Of a stretch of DNA of 64,000 bases, positions 26,640-37,604 are shown piece by piece (the first letter of the stretch is position 1; each line of letters opens with the position of its first letter). This DNA is from Squalus acanthias. Its lineage: Eukaryota. The notes beneath the pieces were generated by a model. It had not been told where the DNA came from. It saw only the letters and a list, made by a program, of their open reading frames with translations, and ran no database searches. The position numbers were made by a program, and so were the translations under genes. The DNA lies in NCBI GenBank assembly GCA_030390025.1, contig CM059432.1, positions 36,520,001 through 36,584,000 of the forward strand, in the 5' to 3' direction.

Positions 26640-27090
26640 AGGGAATTGTGGAAGAGGAACTCACAAGCTCAGAACTGAGTAATGTATTTGCCCTCGAGCT
26701 GGGTGTCATCAACTTGCATGTGGAAGCTGACACTGTGTCTGCGGATGATGACGCCAGAGTATAGCATGTGGATGAGAAAGAAGGGGCCTGGTGGACTCTT
26801 GAAGTAACATTGCAAGAGCAGGAAGAGAACTGAAAGATTGCTGTAGATTCTAGCTATAATCGAGTAGATAAGAGTGGAGCTAAGCTAGAGCTGGACAGCA
26901 GAGGAGAGGCGTTGGAAGCGGATAGTGTGGTTGACCATTTCAAAGGCTGCAGAGAGAACAAGGAGGGATAATACATCATGGTCACAGAGGATGTCATTTG
27001 TGACTTTGGTTAGGACTGTTTGAGTGCAGTGGCAGGAACAGAAATCTGATTGGAGAGATTAAAAGTGAGTTTTGAGAAAGATGGGCACAG
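26640..27090 (-). mobile_element. Old L2 LINE RT fragment
   Basis: Minus strand reads approximately QSDF..CH.TQTVLTKVTNDIL...LLVLSAAFEMVNH, a decayed L2 RT motif. Confidence 0.55.
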
Positions 27091-27369
27091 ATCTAAATGG
27101 ACAGGGAATTGGGACCTATGTCACAATCCCTTTCATTTTATGTATTTGGGTCGCTGTTTCCAAAAAAGTACCTGAATAGTGAAATGCTTTAGTTCTCTGT
27201 GGACTCCATGCCACTTCTTAACCTGTCAGATTGATGCATTCTTCCTGTTGGTGGTTTTCGGTTGAATTGTGCCAAGATCTGTTTGAATGTCTCCAGTGTC
27301 CCAGTTTTAATCAGTTATGAAGTTCGGTTTAAAAACATTCTCATATTCTGTTTAATTTCTCATTCTAGT

Positions 27370-27655
27370 CCTTTCTTGCTCTCGCCCTTTTGACCTTTTT
27401 CAGCTTTTTTTTCCTTCTACTTTTTCTTTTTCTCTCCCACTCCCTTTTCTCTCCCTTCTTTTCCTGCTACCTCTCCTCCTCTTCCCTTCTCTCTACCCCT
27501 CCCCCACTCCTCCTCTCTCCTCTCCCTCTAACTCATCTCTCTCCCCTGCCTCTGCCCCCCTTTCTCCTGGCTCTGCGCTCTCCCCTTCTGCCACTGCACC
27601 CTCACTCCCCCCCCCACCCCTGGCTTCTCTCTCTCTGCCTTACCTGCCTCTCCAT
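27370..27655 (+). repeat. CT-rich low-complexity tract
   Basis: Almost entirely C/T. Confidence 0.85.
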
Positions 27656-28000
27656 TTTCAGAATTGGCTTCCCAAAAGGCCTACAGGAAAACCAGAAGTA
27701 ATGAATAGTTCTTCTTTGTCTTAACATTTTAAAGTGCAGAGTCGCCAGCTCTGAGAAGGCACAGCACCAACTAGTGCATCACACACGCTCACGTGCAATT
27801 TGTGTAATTACTGTGATAAGATGGAAAAGGGCCCCTCAGCCCATTTCATCATCCTTTAAGAATACCAACCCTACAGCCTCTTAAATAAGTATAGTGGCCG
27901 AAAAAACTCGTCTTGGCAAACAGTTCCAGCTGTTGATCTTTCTCTGTATAGAGAAGTAACTCTTGGCCTCTGTCTTAAACTTGTCCTTCACAACCTTTAG

Positions 28001-28445
28001 GTGTCACCCATGGCTCAACGGTAACACTCCTCTGAGTCAAAAGTTTGTGGGTTCAAGTCCCACTCCAAAGATTTGTACACATAAGCTAGGCTGATACTCC
28101 AGTGCAGTACTGAGGGAGTGCTATACTGTTGGAGGTGCCATCTTTCAGACAAGGTATTAAACTGAGGCCCTGTCTGCCCTCTCAGGTGGATGTAAAAGAA
28201 CCCACGGCACTATTTGAAGAGGAGCAGGGGAGTTCTCCCAGAGACCTGGCCAATATTTATCCCTCAATGATCTGGTCATTAATCCCATTACAGTTTGTGG
28301 GAGCTTCCTTTGTGCAAATTGGCTGCCATGTTTCCTACATTACAACAGTAACTACACTTTTTAAAAGTACTTAATTGGCTGTAAAGTGCTTTGGGACATT
28401 CTTAGGTCATCAAAGGTGCTATATAAATGCAAGTTATTTCTTTTC
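28001..28445 (+). mobile_element. Near full-length tRNA-headed Deu-domain SINE
   Basis: A-box-like tggctcaacgg, B-box ggttcaagtcc, Deu core ggtggatgtaaaagaacccacggcact, tail aaaggtgctatataaatgcaag. Confidence 0.8.
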
Positions 28446-29581
28446 TTTCAACCTTGAACCTGTGCCCTCTTATCCTACTGAGGTCCCCTCAGACATCTCT
28501 CTGAGACCGGAGAGCCCTAGCTTACCTAGTCGTATCTTGTCACTCACCCCTCTGACTGGGGGTCTTGTTGCTCTCCTCTGCGCTGGCTGTAAGCCCTGGA
28601 TGCCACCCTTGCATCACAGCAACCAGAGCTGTTGCACTGTATCCAGCTTGGCCAGATTATTATACAGCTTCGACACGATGATGGAGTATGAGACAGATGC
28701 CATGTCGACGTACATCACAAAGAGAAGCTCTCCACACCAGGCAGCTTACTCATTCTCACTAAAATATTTATAAGTTTTACTGAATTCTCTAGTTTAAAAA
28801 AAAATATTGGTATTAATCACCTTTTTTATTGTTTTAAATTATTTAAATTAACAGGCCTTCTGTATCTAGGGATCATACAAAGAGATGCTCATATAAGGGG
28901 GGGGTGTGGTGGGAGGGGAGAGCTCTAGCAGTGAGGAAAGCATAAATAATGCATGTTATGAGAGGGTCACATAAAGGAGTTAGTCTATTGTTACATAATA
29001 GGGCAGTGTCGCACAATGCCTGGTGTCAGGTATTGTGCACTGGATAAATGAGATGGCGAAGCATTGAGGTTCAGCACTCAGAGGGTTAATTGTAGGCCAG
29101 CTGGCTGTGTCACACTGTTGGCCGTCTTCTTGAAAATAAATGAGGCTGATGCGGAGCTGGAGAGCATGAAATTAATAATGGCTCCCTGTATCTGATTTGC
29201 TGTACACAATAGCAGTTTAAATGTGTAAATCTGTGCCTTGCCATAATGAGTTTCTGGAAGCATTTAGGATAATGGGGTTTCCAAAGGTTGAAAACAGGGA
29301 TGTTGATTTAGTGGGGGGGGTGGGGGTGGGGGGGGGGGGGGTGCAGGCTGCAAGGGGGGGGATGCAAAGTGGAGGTGGAGAAAGGGAGCTACATTAAGAT
29401 GCAGCAACTGGATTTATTTGGCGGAGGGATACAGTGCATTGAAGGCAAAAAAAAATAGTTTTGTCGTAGGAATACTGGGGGTGTGCTGTGATGTGACAGC
29501 TTCTCAGATTTAACCAGTCAGGCAACCATACAGGCTGCACTGCTTGTGCTGTGTGAAGAAAAAGAAAAGGAGCCTGCTGAG

Positions 29582-31394
29582 ATGTCTGTCAGTAACCAGC
29601 CGCCAGCTCCTCGCACCGACTATAGTGATCTCTGCAAAGCTAAGCCTGTCGATTGTTTCTCTGAGAAAGGTCCATGCATGCAGTCTCAAAAGGACTGGAG
29701 CCGGTCTGAATGGGAATGGCACAGAGCAGAGGAGCAGCGTAGTAACGAGCTGAAAGTTGAGTCGAGCTCGGCAGCATCACCTCCAGCTAAAGACAGTCTC
29801 ATTAAGCACGTTGCTCTCACTGACGAAGACAAACTGGGCTTCTTTGGACCAGCAGAAAGAGGAAAAGAGCAGAAGGACACGGCCGGTGAGGCACAGTCTA
29901 AGGAATTCTTCCGGAGCTGGTCCGCTTCCCCTGCTAATCTCTGTGTCTCTGGCCAAAACGTAGGGAAAATGAATCCGGTCACAGATGAATGGAGCCAGGC
30001 TGCTGTGGGCAAGCAGGTGAGTGCTGGGGATTATGGCACAGGTAAGGACGAGCTGGCAAAGAATGTCACGGCGAAGAGAACCGGCAAGAATGGGGAGCTG
30101 ACAAGTTGTCCCTCTAATCCCAAACTGTCAGATCCCTCCGTTGTACTTGGTAATCCCACCCAGAATATAAAGAAAGACGAGATTAGCGTGTGGAACCCTA
30201 ATTTTATGCCAGATAATAAAATGGACTTGGACTACAAGCAAACGGCAGGTTTTAAAGACAATGACAACTCCACTTTGTACGAAACGGACCTCCGTTCAAG
30301 CTACATCCCCTCGTACACCCTGACCATACAGAAGTCTGAAACTCCGACTATGGTGGATTACGAGCAGGATCTTTCTGATATCAATCCTTTGAGTGAGACC
30401 CTGGCATGCAACGAAGATGTGAAGGTTGATTTGGCCAGCGATGGTGCCCCCAGCAGGGCTGTCCAACAGCGGAAGATGATGCGGCGTGCAATGTCGGAAT
30501 GCTCGCACTTGTCCGTTCCATCGAGCTTCGGCGTCGCTGAAAAATATCCTGAGCCCTCACTGGGTGATTCGCTGGACCAGTCAACAAACTCCCCCAGCAG
30601 CCAGCCCGCAGCTACCAGTAGCAGGAAGTGCCCGATGTCGCAGATGAAACGGTCGATGACCATGGCGGAGGAGCAAATCCCGGCTTACAGCCTCGGTACT
30701 GATCAAACTGCAGCAGAACTGCAGTTTGACCAGCTCACTGACAAAGGGCACGGGAAAGAGAAAAGCAGTGCACCTGATACTGCTCCAGGCATGAAAGACG
30801 GTGTGAATGCTGCGTTTTACCATGGCAAGCTGGAAAAAATCCCTGAGTTCAGCAGCAGTAAGATCCCAGAAGAAATGTTTCACGGCAAAAATGAGCAGAC
30901 GACCGGTATCTGCACTGACCTTCAGAAGAACAGCTTTTCAGGGGGCTCAGATCAAGTCCTTTCATTGGGAAAAGAAACAATTGAGGTCAATAATGCACAG
31001 GCATCTCCATTTTCCCAGCTGCAAGAAAAGCCACATGACCCCGTGTTGCTAAATTCTGCCCTCACTGGGACCAGCTGCAACAGCAGTGGAACACCTCAAA
31101 AAATTGAAATGACACATTACGAGCCTGAGCAGGCAGTTCAGAAGCCCCAGGGACTGGCACAGCCGAGTTTTCAGCAAAAAGCCGAGTGTAAGAAAAGCGA
31201 TGCCAGCTCTTCAGCACAGCAGCAGCCTCTGGCGCCCAATCCTCCCTGCATCCCTGTTGAGAGCTTGAAGGCAGGAGGAGGAGGGAGGTGTGCAGAACTA
31301 AGTCAAACCACAGCTCAGAAGGGCAAGGAGCTAAACTCCGCTCCATCACATGACCCTATCACGGCCACCAGCCACGATCTGGAATCTGCACAAG
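29582..31394 (+). CDS. MAP4: MAP4 alternative N-terminal exon (oMAP4-type projection domain)
   Basis: ATG 29582 (MSVSNQ...). Motifs match my recollection of the mammalian alternative MAP4 N-terminus: KAKPVDC, EWEWHR, DKLGFF, ISVWNPNF, QQRKMMRRAMSECSHLSVP, EKYPE, MKRSMTMAEEQ, HGKLEKIPE. Strong phase-1 donor CAAG|gtgagc at 31394 joins in frame to exon 52148 (A-KPEE). Confidence 0.9.
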
Positions 31395-32826
31395 GTGAGC
31401 AGAAAGGGGGCTAAGAAACTGGGGCAGTAAGTAGTATAGGGTGATATAGCAGAATTGGATAAAAGGACTGTAAATCTTTACAAAAGAATAATTTGAACAG
31501 TGAAAGTGTTTGTTAGCTAATCTCAATTGGGGTGCAGTTGACTTCAGCATCCTGGGCTAAGGAGGGTAAAATTAGCCTTGGCTCCTGATCCAGTGACTTC
31601 CTGCTGGAGTCTGTGCGTATGTCTGTGCATCTGGAAAGGATCGGACTCGGCTAGGTAACCCTCTACATTGCAAAGTCTCCTGACATTCACTTGTGTGGAG
31701 AAAAAAATGGTTGCTTGGATGAGGTACTGTAGGACAAGTAACATCTGTAGAACGAAACCCCAGAATGAGTCAGAGCTTCAGAGTGGAGGGTAACAGAAAT
31801 CTTAACCTTGTGCGTTGTACAAATGCCCACGGTGGCATGTAATATTCAGTTTTCACTCATAATTTTGCGCAGTAAATTAATGCCATGTCCCCTAGCTCAG
31901 CAAGTACTTCCGTTTACCTTTATTAGATGAATGAGTTGCTGTATCATTTCCTTGAGTCCCAGTGATAGACCTACTTCATTCTGAGCATGTTGATGCTGAC
32001 TCCATTTCCATTTTGAGGTGATTTGACCTCCAGTGCTCAGGCTCACACTACATCTCGGACAACACCAGGTGGTGAGGACCCATAACTGTAGTGATGTGTC
32101 CATGAGCCCCTCCAATTATTTACTACAGCAACACACCGAGTGGTGTGGTACTGAACCATACAGACTAGAAGGTCCCACCTGCCCTCGCTATGTTGAGCTA
32201 GCTGATATCAGCAGGGCAGGAGTTGGGAGTGCTAGAAATGGCTCAGCACTATTTGGCTAGGGAGGAAGAAAAAAGCTAGACAGGATTCATGACCTTGATC
32301 TCTATTCAGTGTCCCCTGCTTGATAGAGGAGGTCAGATGAAGGCAGCATTGGGTTTGGATGTGATGCCTCCCACAATAAAATAGTCTGCTTACTGTCCAT
32401 TGTCTCCTTTGAAGAATGGCCACTTGGGTGAGGTACTGATTGGACCAACAGGGATCTACAGAGAAGGAGGGAAGAAGTTGGGAAAACAAAATATCTTGTA
32501 TTCACCCTATTAAAAGGTACTGTCCCTTAACTTCTCAAGACTGAAGCTGCATGTGTCCCACTTTTGACTAAAATGTTTCTGGGAGCCTGGGCAGATTGAG
32601 CTGGCGTATGAATAGTGCAGGTATTATTTAGTATTCGACATCTCTCCTATATAAACTTGCAAGTTCCTAACCCATTTTTAATCCACTTGAATAGGCTTTG
32701 TTTGATGGATGCCCAGTCCCTCATTAGAGCTGAAACCCCCCCTCCCCCCCGCTCTGCTGCACTGATCATCGGTGTGTGAAATGTCACTTTTAACCATGAG
32801 GAATAACCCTGTGTTCAATGAAAAGA

Positions 32827-33000
32827 ATTGAGAGGTCGCACAACACCAGGTTATAGTCCAACAGTTTTATTTGAAATCACAAGCTTTCGGAGCTTACTAC
32901 TCCTTCGTCGGGTGAAGTAAAGAGATACAGAATCGCCAAAGCATATATAGATAGAGAACAATGCATGTGTACCTTACAATTGCAGACAACTAAATAAAAA
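32827..33000 (-). mobile_element. Penelope-like element terminal fragment with minimal hammerhead motif and 12-bp TSD
   Basis: TSD tcaatgaaaaga at 32815-32826 and 33001-33012; minus strand tcac-CCGACGA-A-ggag...ctcc-GAAAGCTT-gtga followed by AATAAA. Confidence 0.7.
32877..32915 (-). ncRNA. Minimal type I hammerhead ribozyme-like motif (core U4 to C variant)
   Basis: Stem I UCAC/GUGA, stem II GGAG/CUCC, palindromic stem III AAGCUU; core CCGACGA instead of CUGANGA. Confidence 0.5.
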
Positions 33001-33309
33001 TCAATGAAAAGACCAGTGCTATCCAGTCAGTTCTGTATGCTGTTCAAACTGAACAATACTACAGACAGGCTGTAGTGACAGGTTTAGCCATTAGAGTGCA
33101 GTCTTTTTTTTTGCAGAGGTATGAGGTGGCTTTGTTTCATTGAGATAATACAGCGATTGAAAAATCGGGTAACTGTATTTCATTAACCAAACATTTCACA
33201 GGGACCCATTGCAGAAAATGCTGCCATTTCAAAAACTATTGGTACCATTAAATGGTTGAACCCGCCTGATAGTGCAGTGCTTTACCAACCTCTTTGTGTG
33301 GGGGACCCT

Positions 33310-33985
33310 CTGCAAATATTTGACTCTCCCGGAAACCCCTCTCTGGGCAAATATTGATGCTGTCCCGTGGATCCCTTTCTTTTACAAATATTGATGCGAT
33401 CCTGGAAATCTCTCACCCCACCGCCCCCTTGCAAATATTACAACTCTTGGAGACCCCTTCTGTACAAATATTGATGCTCTCCCGGAGACCCCCTCCCTCT
33501 GTACAAATATTGATACTCTCCCGGAGACCCCCCTCCTTTCGTACAAATATTGATGCTCTCCCGGAGACCCCCTCCCTCTGTACAAATATTGATGCTCTCC
33601 CAGAGACCCCCTCCCTCTGTACAAATATTGATGCTCTCCCAGAGACCCCCTCCCTCTGTACAAATATTGATGCTCTCCCGGAGACCCCCTCCCTCTGTAC
33701 AAATATTGATACTCTCCCAGAGACCCCCTCCCTCTGTACAAATATTGATGCTCTCCCAGAGACCCCCTCCCTCTGTACAAATATTGATGCTCTCCCGGAG
33801 ACCCCCTCCCTCTGTACAAATATTGATACTCTCCCAGAGACCCCCTCCCTCTGTACAAATATTGATGCTCTCCCAGAGACCCCCTCCCTCTGTACAAATA
33901 TTGATGCTCTCCTGGAGACCCCCTCCCTCTGTACAAATATTGTTGCTCTCCCAGCAGCTCTCCCACTCTGCAAATACTGACATTC
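33310..33985 (+). repeat. 39-bp minisatellite (tgtacaaatattgatgctctcccggagaccccctccctc), ~12 near-identical core units plus degenerate flanking units
   Basis: Direct inspection; 13-aa periodicity in the overlapping ORFs. Confidence 0.95.
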
Positions 33986-34452
33986 TCCCCAGTCAGCTAC
34001 TGAAAGGAAACCAATTCCATCATTGCAGAAAATGTTTCATTATTATACAACAGAAATAACCAACTAATTGGTCAAATGCAGAAAGACTACAGAATCCTTG
34101 AAGCAGGGCTTGTGATGCTTGGTATGGCCACTGTCAGATGGACGGAAATCTGATCTCCTAAACCTGGAAGCCCCTCTTGAATCCCCTGGGCTCTGCGAAC
34201 TATAGTTTGAAAATCTCAGGTTGAGAGTTGAGTAATTTAATAAAAGCACTTTGTGTTGTCTAAACAGACAGCAAGTGCAGTAACCACAGCATGTATAAGG
34301 ATTGCGGGAACCAGGAAAACATCATTTGGTCCTTTTCCATAGGAACCCCATGCACCCACTTTCACTGTAATCATGAATCCCATCTCCCTCCAGAAGCACA
34401 TTTAGATGTGTTTTGAATCCTTTTATAGTCTCCTTTTCAGTGGCCTTCTAGT

Positions 34453-34624
34453 CAATGTTCTGTCTAATTTTTTGGGGGGGCCATGCGACCCCTTTAACGG
34501 GCTGCACGGCCCGTTAAAATTCCGCGCAAGCGCGGTTTTTCCCTTTAAAAGTCGGTAAGCCGACTGCGCAGGAGCTCCAGAGTGCTGCACGGCCACGTGG
34601 CCGCGCAGCTTAAAGGGAACATTG
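34453..34624. mobile_element. hAT-superfamily MITE (CAATGTTC TIRs, 8-bp TSD)
   Basis: Starts caatgttctgtctaa, ends ttaaagggaacattg; flanks cttctagt / cttctggt. Confidence 0.8.
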
Positions 34625-34928
34625 CTTCTGGTAATTTATTTCGCAGCTTCCACAGAACCCATCTGGTTCACTAATGTCCTTTTAGGGAAGGAAACCTTCC
34701 CTCATTATCTGGTCTGGTCTACATGACTCCAGTCCCACACCAATGTGGTTGACTCTCAGCTGCCCTGTGAAGTGGTCTAGCAAGCCGCTCAGTTGTATCA
34801 AACCACTATTTCAAGGCATTTAGGGATGGGCAATAAATTCCAGCCTTGCCAGTGACACCCACATCCTGAGAATGAATTTTTTTAAACGTTCCAATTTTCA
34901 ACTTGTCTTTTGGAATGTAAACCCTTCA

Positions 34929-35520
34929 CCATAGAATCATAGAAATTACAGCTCAGAAGAAGGCTCATCGTGTCAGTGCTGCTCTCCAAGTAAACCTGCC
35001 TACTCTGATCCCATTTCCTTGCCAGTCTTCATATCCTTTTATATTCATCCTTTTCAAATACTTATTGAAGTCCACCACCTTCTCGAGGGCAACTAGGGAT
35101 GGGCAATAAATGTTGGCCTTGCCAGCGACACCCACATCCTATGAACTAATTTTTTTTAAAAAGTCCCTTTTTAAATGAGATTCTTTGCCTCGGTAGCTAC
35201 TTGTGGTAAAGCATGCCATGTTCTAATAACCCCTGGGTGAAAAAATTCTTCACTTTCCCCTCTGTTCTTCTAATGATGATGGAATCAGTGGAAATGATCT
35301 TTTCCCATTTACCGTTTCAAAGCCTTTATAATTTTGAAACCCTTCATTAGATCCCTCCTCCTTAACCCCTATCTATTTGGGGGAGGAGGCTCCAATTTTT
35401 CTTTCCTTGCTATAACCTCTCATTCATAGTATTCTAGTAAATCTTTGCTGTACCTTTTCCATGGTTCTAATCTTCCTACAAAGGTTACAGGAAGCAAATT
35501 GTACACATTATTCCAAATGC
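34929..35520 (-). mobile_element. Old CR1 3' fragment with a LINE/SINE-B tail inserted at ~35070-35160
   Basis: catagaatcatagaa tail, decayed CR1 3' sequence. Confidence 0.6.
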
Positions 35521-36234
35521 TGTTTCCTCTTGCGTGTCCAATGGTGCACCTATTCCTTTGGGGGTCAGGACATGGTTCTCTGTAAAATTTTGAATGTTTA
35601 CTTTAAATATGTTGCACTCTGGTTAATTTTAAACTACTTTATGTCACCATTGTTAGTATATGAAAAATAAGTGATCAACCCCAGCTGCAGCTCCTACCTG
35701 ACAATTTTTCATTCCAGGATCAGACTCCTTGTTGCTGGCAAGAATTCCTGATTTATTTCAAGACTGGGAGTTCTCATTCGCAGCATAGAGTGGGGTTGCA
35801 GAAAGAAGCAGCAACCTCCACCATGAGAGTAACTGGGATAGAAACTGTGCATTGCCAACCCAGAAAACTAGCAAGATGCTGATTAACTTTTTTAAAAAGC
35901 CGTCACTTTGTTAAAGCAGCGCAGATTATGGGGCGATATAGTAGAAGTTTTAAAAAAGTATGAAAGGTTAGAACTGGGTAGATAGAAGCAGACTGTTGCC
36001 AGTATTTCAGAGGTCTAGAACGAGGTGCAATATATATACAAGATTAAATGTAAGAGGTTTAAAATAGAGAAACTTCTTCCCAGAGAGTTGAGTGAGGCTG
36101 TGGAATTAACTTCCTGGGTTAGTTTCTGCCTCACTTACTATGTCAACATTTAAGATTAGAGTGAGTATCTGGATGAAGGTAAAAGGGTTGAAGAGGTATA
36201 GAACAGGGTGTGTAATTGAGAAGGGTAAACACCT

Positions 36235-36485
36235 ACAACAAAAAGAAAATACTGCAGATGCTGGAAATCTGAAATAAAAACAGAAAATGCTGGAGATACT
36301 CAGCAGGTCAGGCAGCATCTGTGAAGAGAGAAACAGAGTTAACGTTTCAGGTCGATGACCTTTCGTCAGAACCGAGTTTCGTGAGTCCTGACAAAAGGTC
36401 ATCGACCTGAAACGTTAACTCTGTTTCTTTCTTCACAGATGCTGCCTGACCTGCTGAGTATCTCCAGCATTTTCTGTTCTGGTTT
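36235..36485. mobile_element. Palindromic Penelope-like terminal element inside an old CR1 3' fragment (~35920-36545)
   Basis: Inverted arms 36279-36369 and 36388-36478 (91 bp, 2 mismatches, 18-nt spacer). Confidence 0.8.
36337..36373 (-). ncRNA. Minimal type I hammerhead ribozyme motif (intact core)
   Basis: Minus strand GGUU-CUGACGA-A-AGGUC-AUC-GACCU-GAAAC-GUU-AACU: core CUGANGA and GAAA, stem II AGGUC/GACCU, palindromic stem III, short stem I. Confidence 0.6.
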
Positions 36486-36799
36486 TATACCAAAGCAAAC
36501 TAGTTGGGCCAAATGGCCCCATTGTGTGTTGTAACTTCTATGTATTGTTTATGTACTGCCTCAAAAAGTTCATGTTCACACGATGAAGCACGAGGGAAAC
36601 CAACTCACGTTCAGACCAGAATTGACTGCAGCTGAGGTGCGAGGCAGATGCTCCTGTTCAGAGAGAAATTCCAAGAGCAAGTAGCAAGATTTTGAAAATT
36701 AAAAATATTGTGGGAGGTGGGAATGTTAATTTTTGAAAAAAACTTGCAGTAAGGAATATTAGGAACTTTCTGCCATCTCAACTGATCCGTGGATCTATG

Positions 36800-37070
36800 T
36801 ACTGTGTGGCTGGTACTGAGCTGTACCGACCAGGAAGGTTCCAGCTACTCATTCTAGTCAGTGCTGACTTGGCTGATTGCAGCTGGGGCAATGGTGTCAG
36901 GGCCGTTCTAATTGGCCTTAGCTGCCTGGGCTAGAGAGGCTTAGAATTGGCCACATTTTCTGACAACCATCCAGTGACTTTCTCCGCTGGAGAATGCATG
37001 TGTAGGGACTGGAGTGAGCCTGGCTGCGATGCTCCCCATGGAAAAATAGCCTGTGGAGAGGAGCTGGGAA
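36800..37070 (+). mobile_element. Old tRNA-like SINE family C (representative copy)
   Basis: Recurrent blocks gtgctgagttagctgat / aattggcc / atccagtgac / aatagcctg / aatggccacttggg, also at ~4145-4375, 17560-17830, 31530-31800, 32135-32490, 49650-50000, 54015-54245 (+) and ~15440-15620, 41790-42000, 47200-47450, 50400-50690, 62270-62580 (-). Confidence 0.55.
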
Positions 37071-37604
37071 ATGAGGGCGACAGAAACTGGAAGTGTCCAA
37101 GAATAAATGCTCTCCTTCCAAATGGCACCTTCACAACTGAGTTTGAATGACCTTATTTTGCAGTCATAAAAAAGAATGTCAGGACCCTTCATTAAGGAAT
37201 CTAAGAAATCATCTATGATAAATTGTGCCCTTTGAGAGTTATTAAAAATTGATAGCTAACTCATTATTAGGAAGAAACCTAATAAAACGCCCTTTAATCT
37301 CATTCTTGTGTGTGATTTTCTGAAGTTGATGTGGAGCAGCTTCTTTGATTGAAAATGCAGCATCTGCATTAAAATACTCAGTGTTGCGAAAGGTTTTTTA
37401 TTTATGTCTGATCAGTTGACACTCTTAATGGTCGGTCTTCAATAATGCAGTTTGAGTAAAAAGGTAAGCAAGGACTGTAATAGAATTCATTACCCAAGGC
37501 TTTTTACATTGAATTATATTTTGGGCCATGAAGAATTAAAAGGTAGAATATACTGTTCGTTATATGAATCACTGGTGTGCAAAATAGAAGAGAGTAATTT
37601 GACA

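Noticed and set aside
27390..27701. Hydrophobic Leu/Pro/Ser-rich ORF
   Set aside because: Low-complexity CT tract.
33354..34059. Five long overlapping ORFs with 13-aa repeats; superficially CRISPR-like periodicity
   Set aside because: Produced by a 39-bp head-to-tail minisatellite (multiple of 3). No unique spacers, no cas genes, eukaryotic intron.
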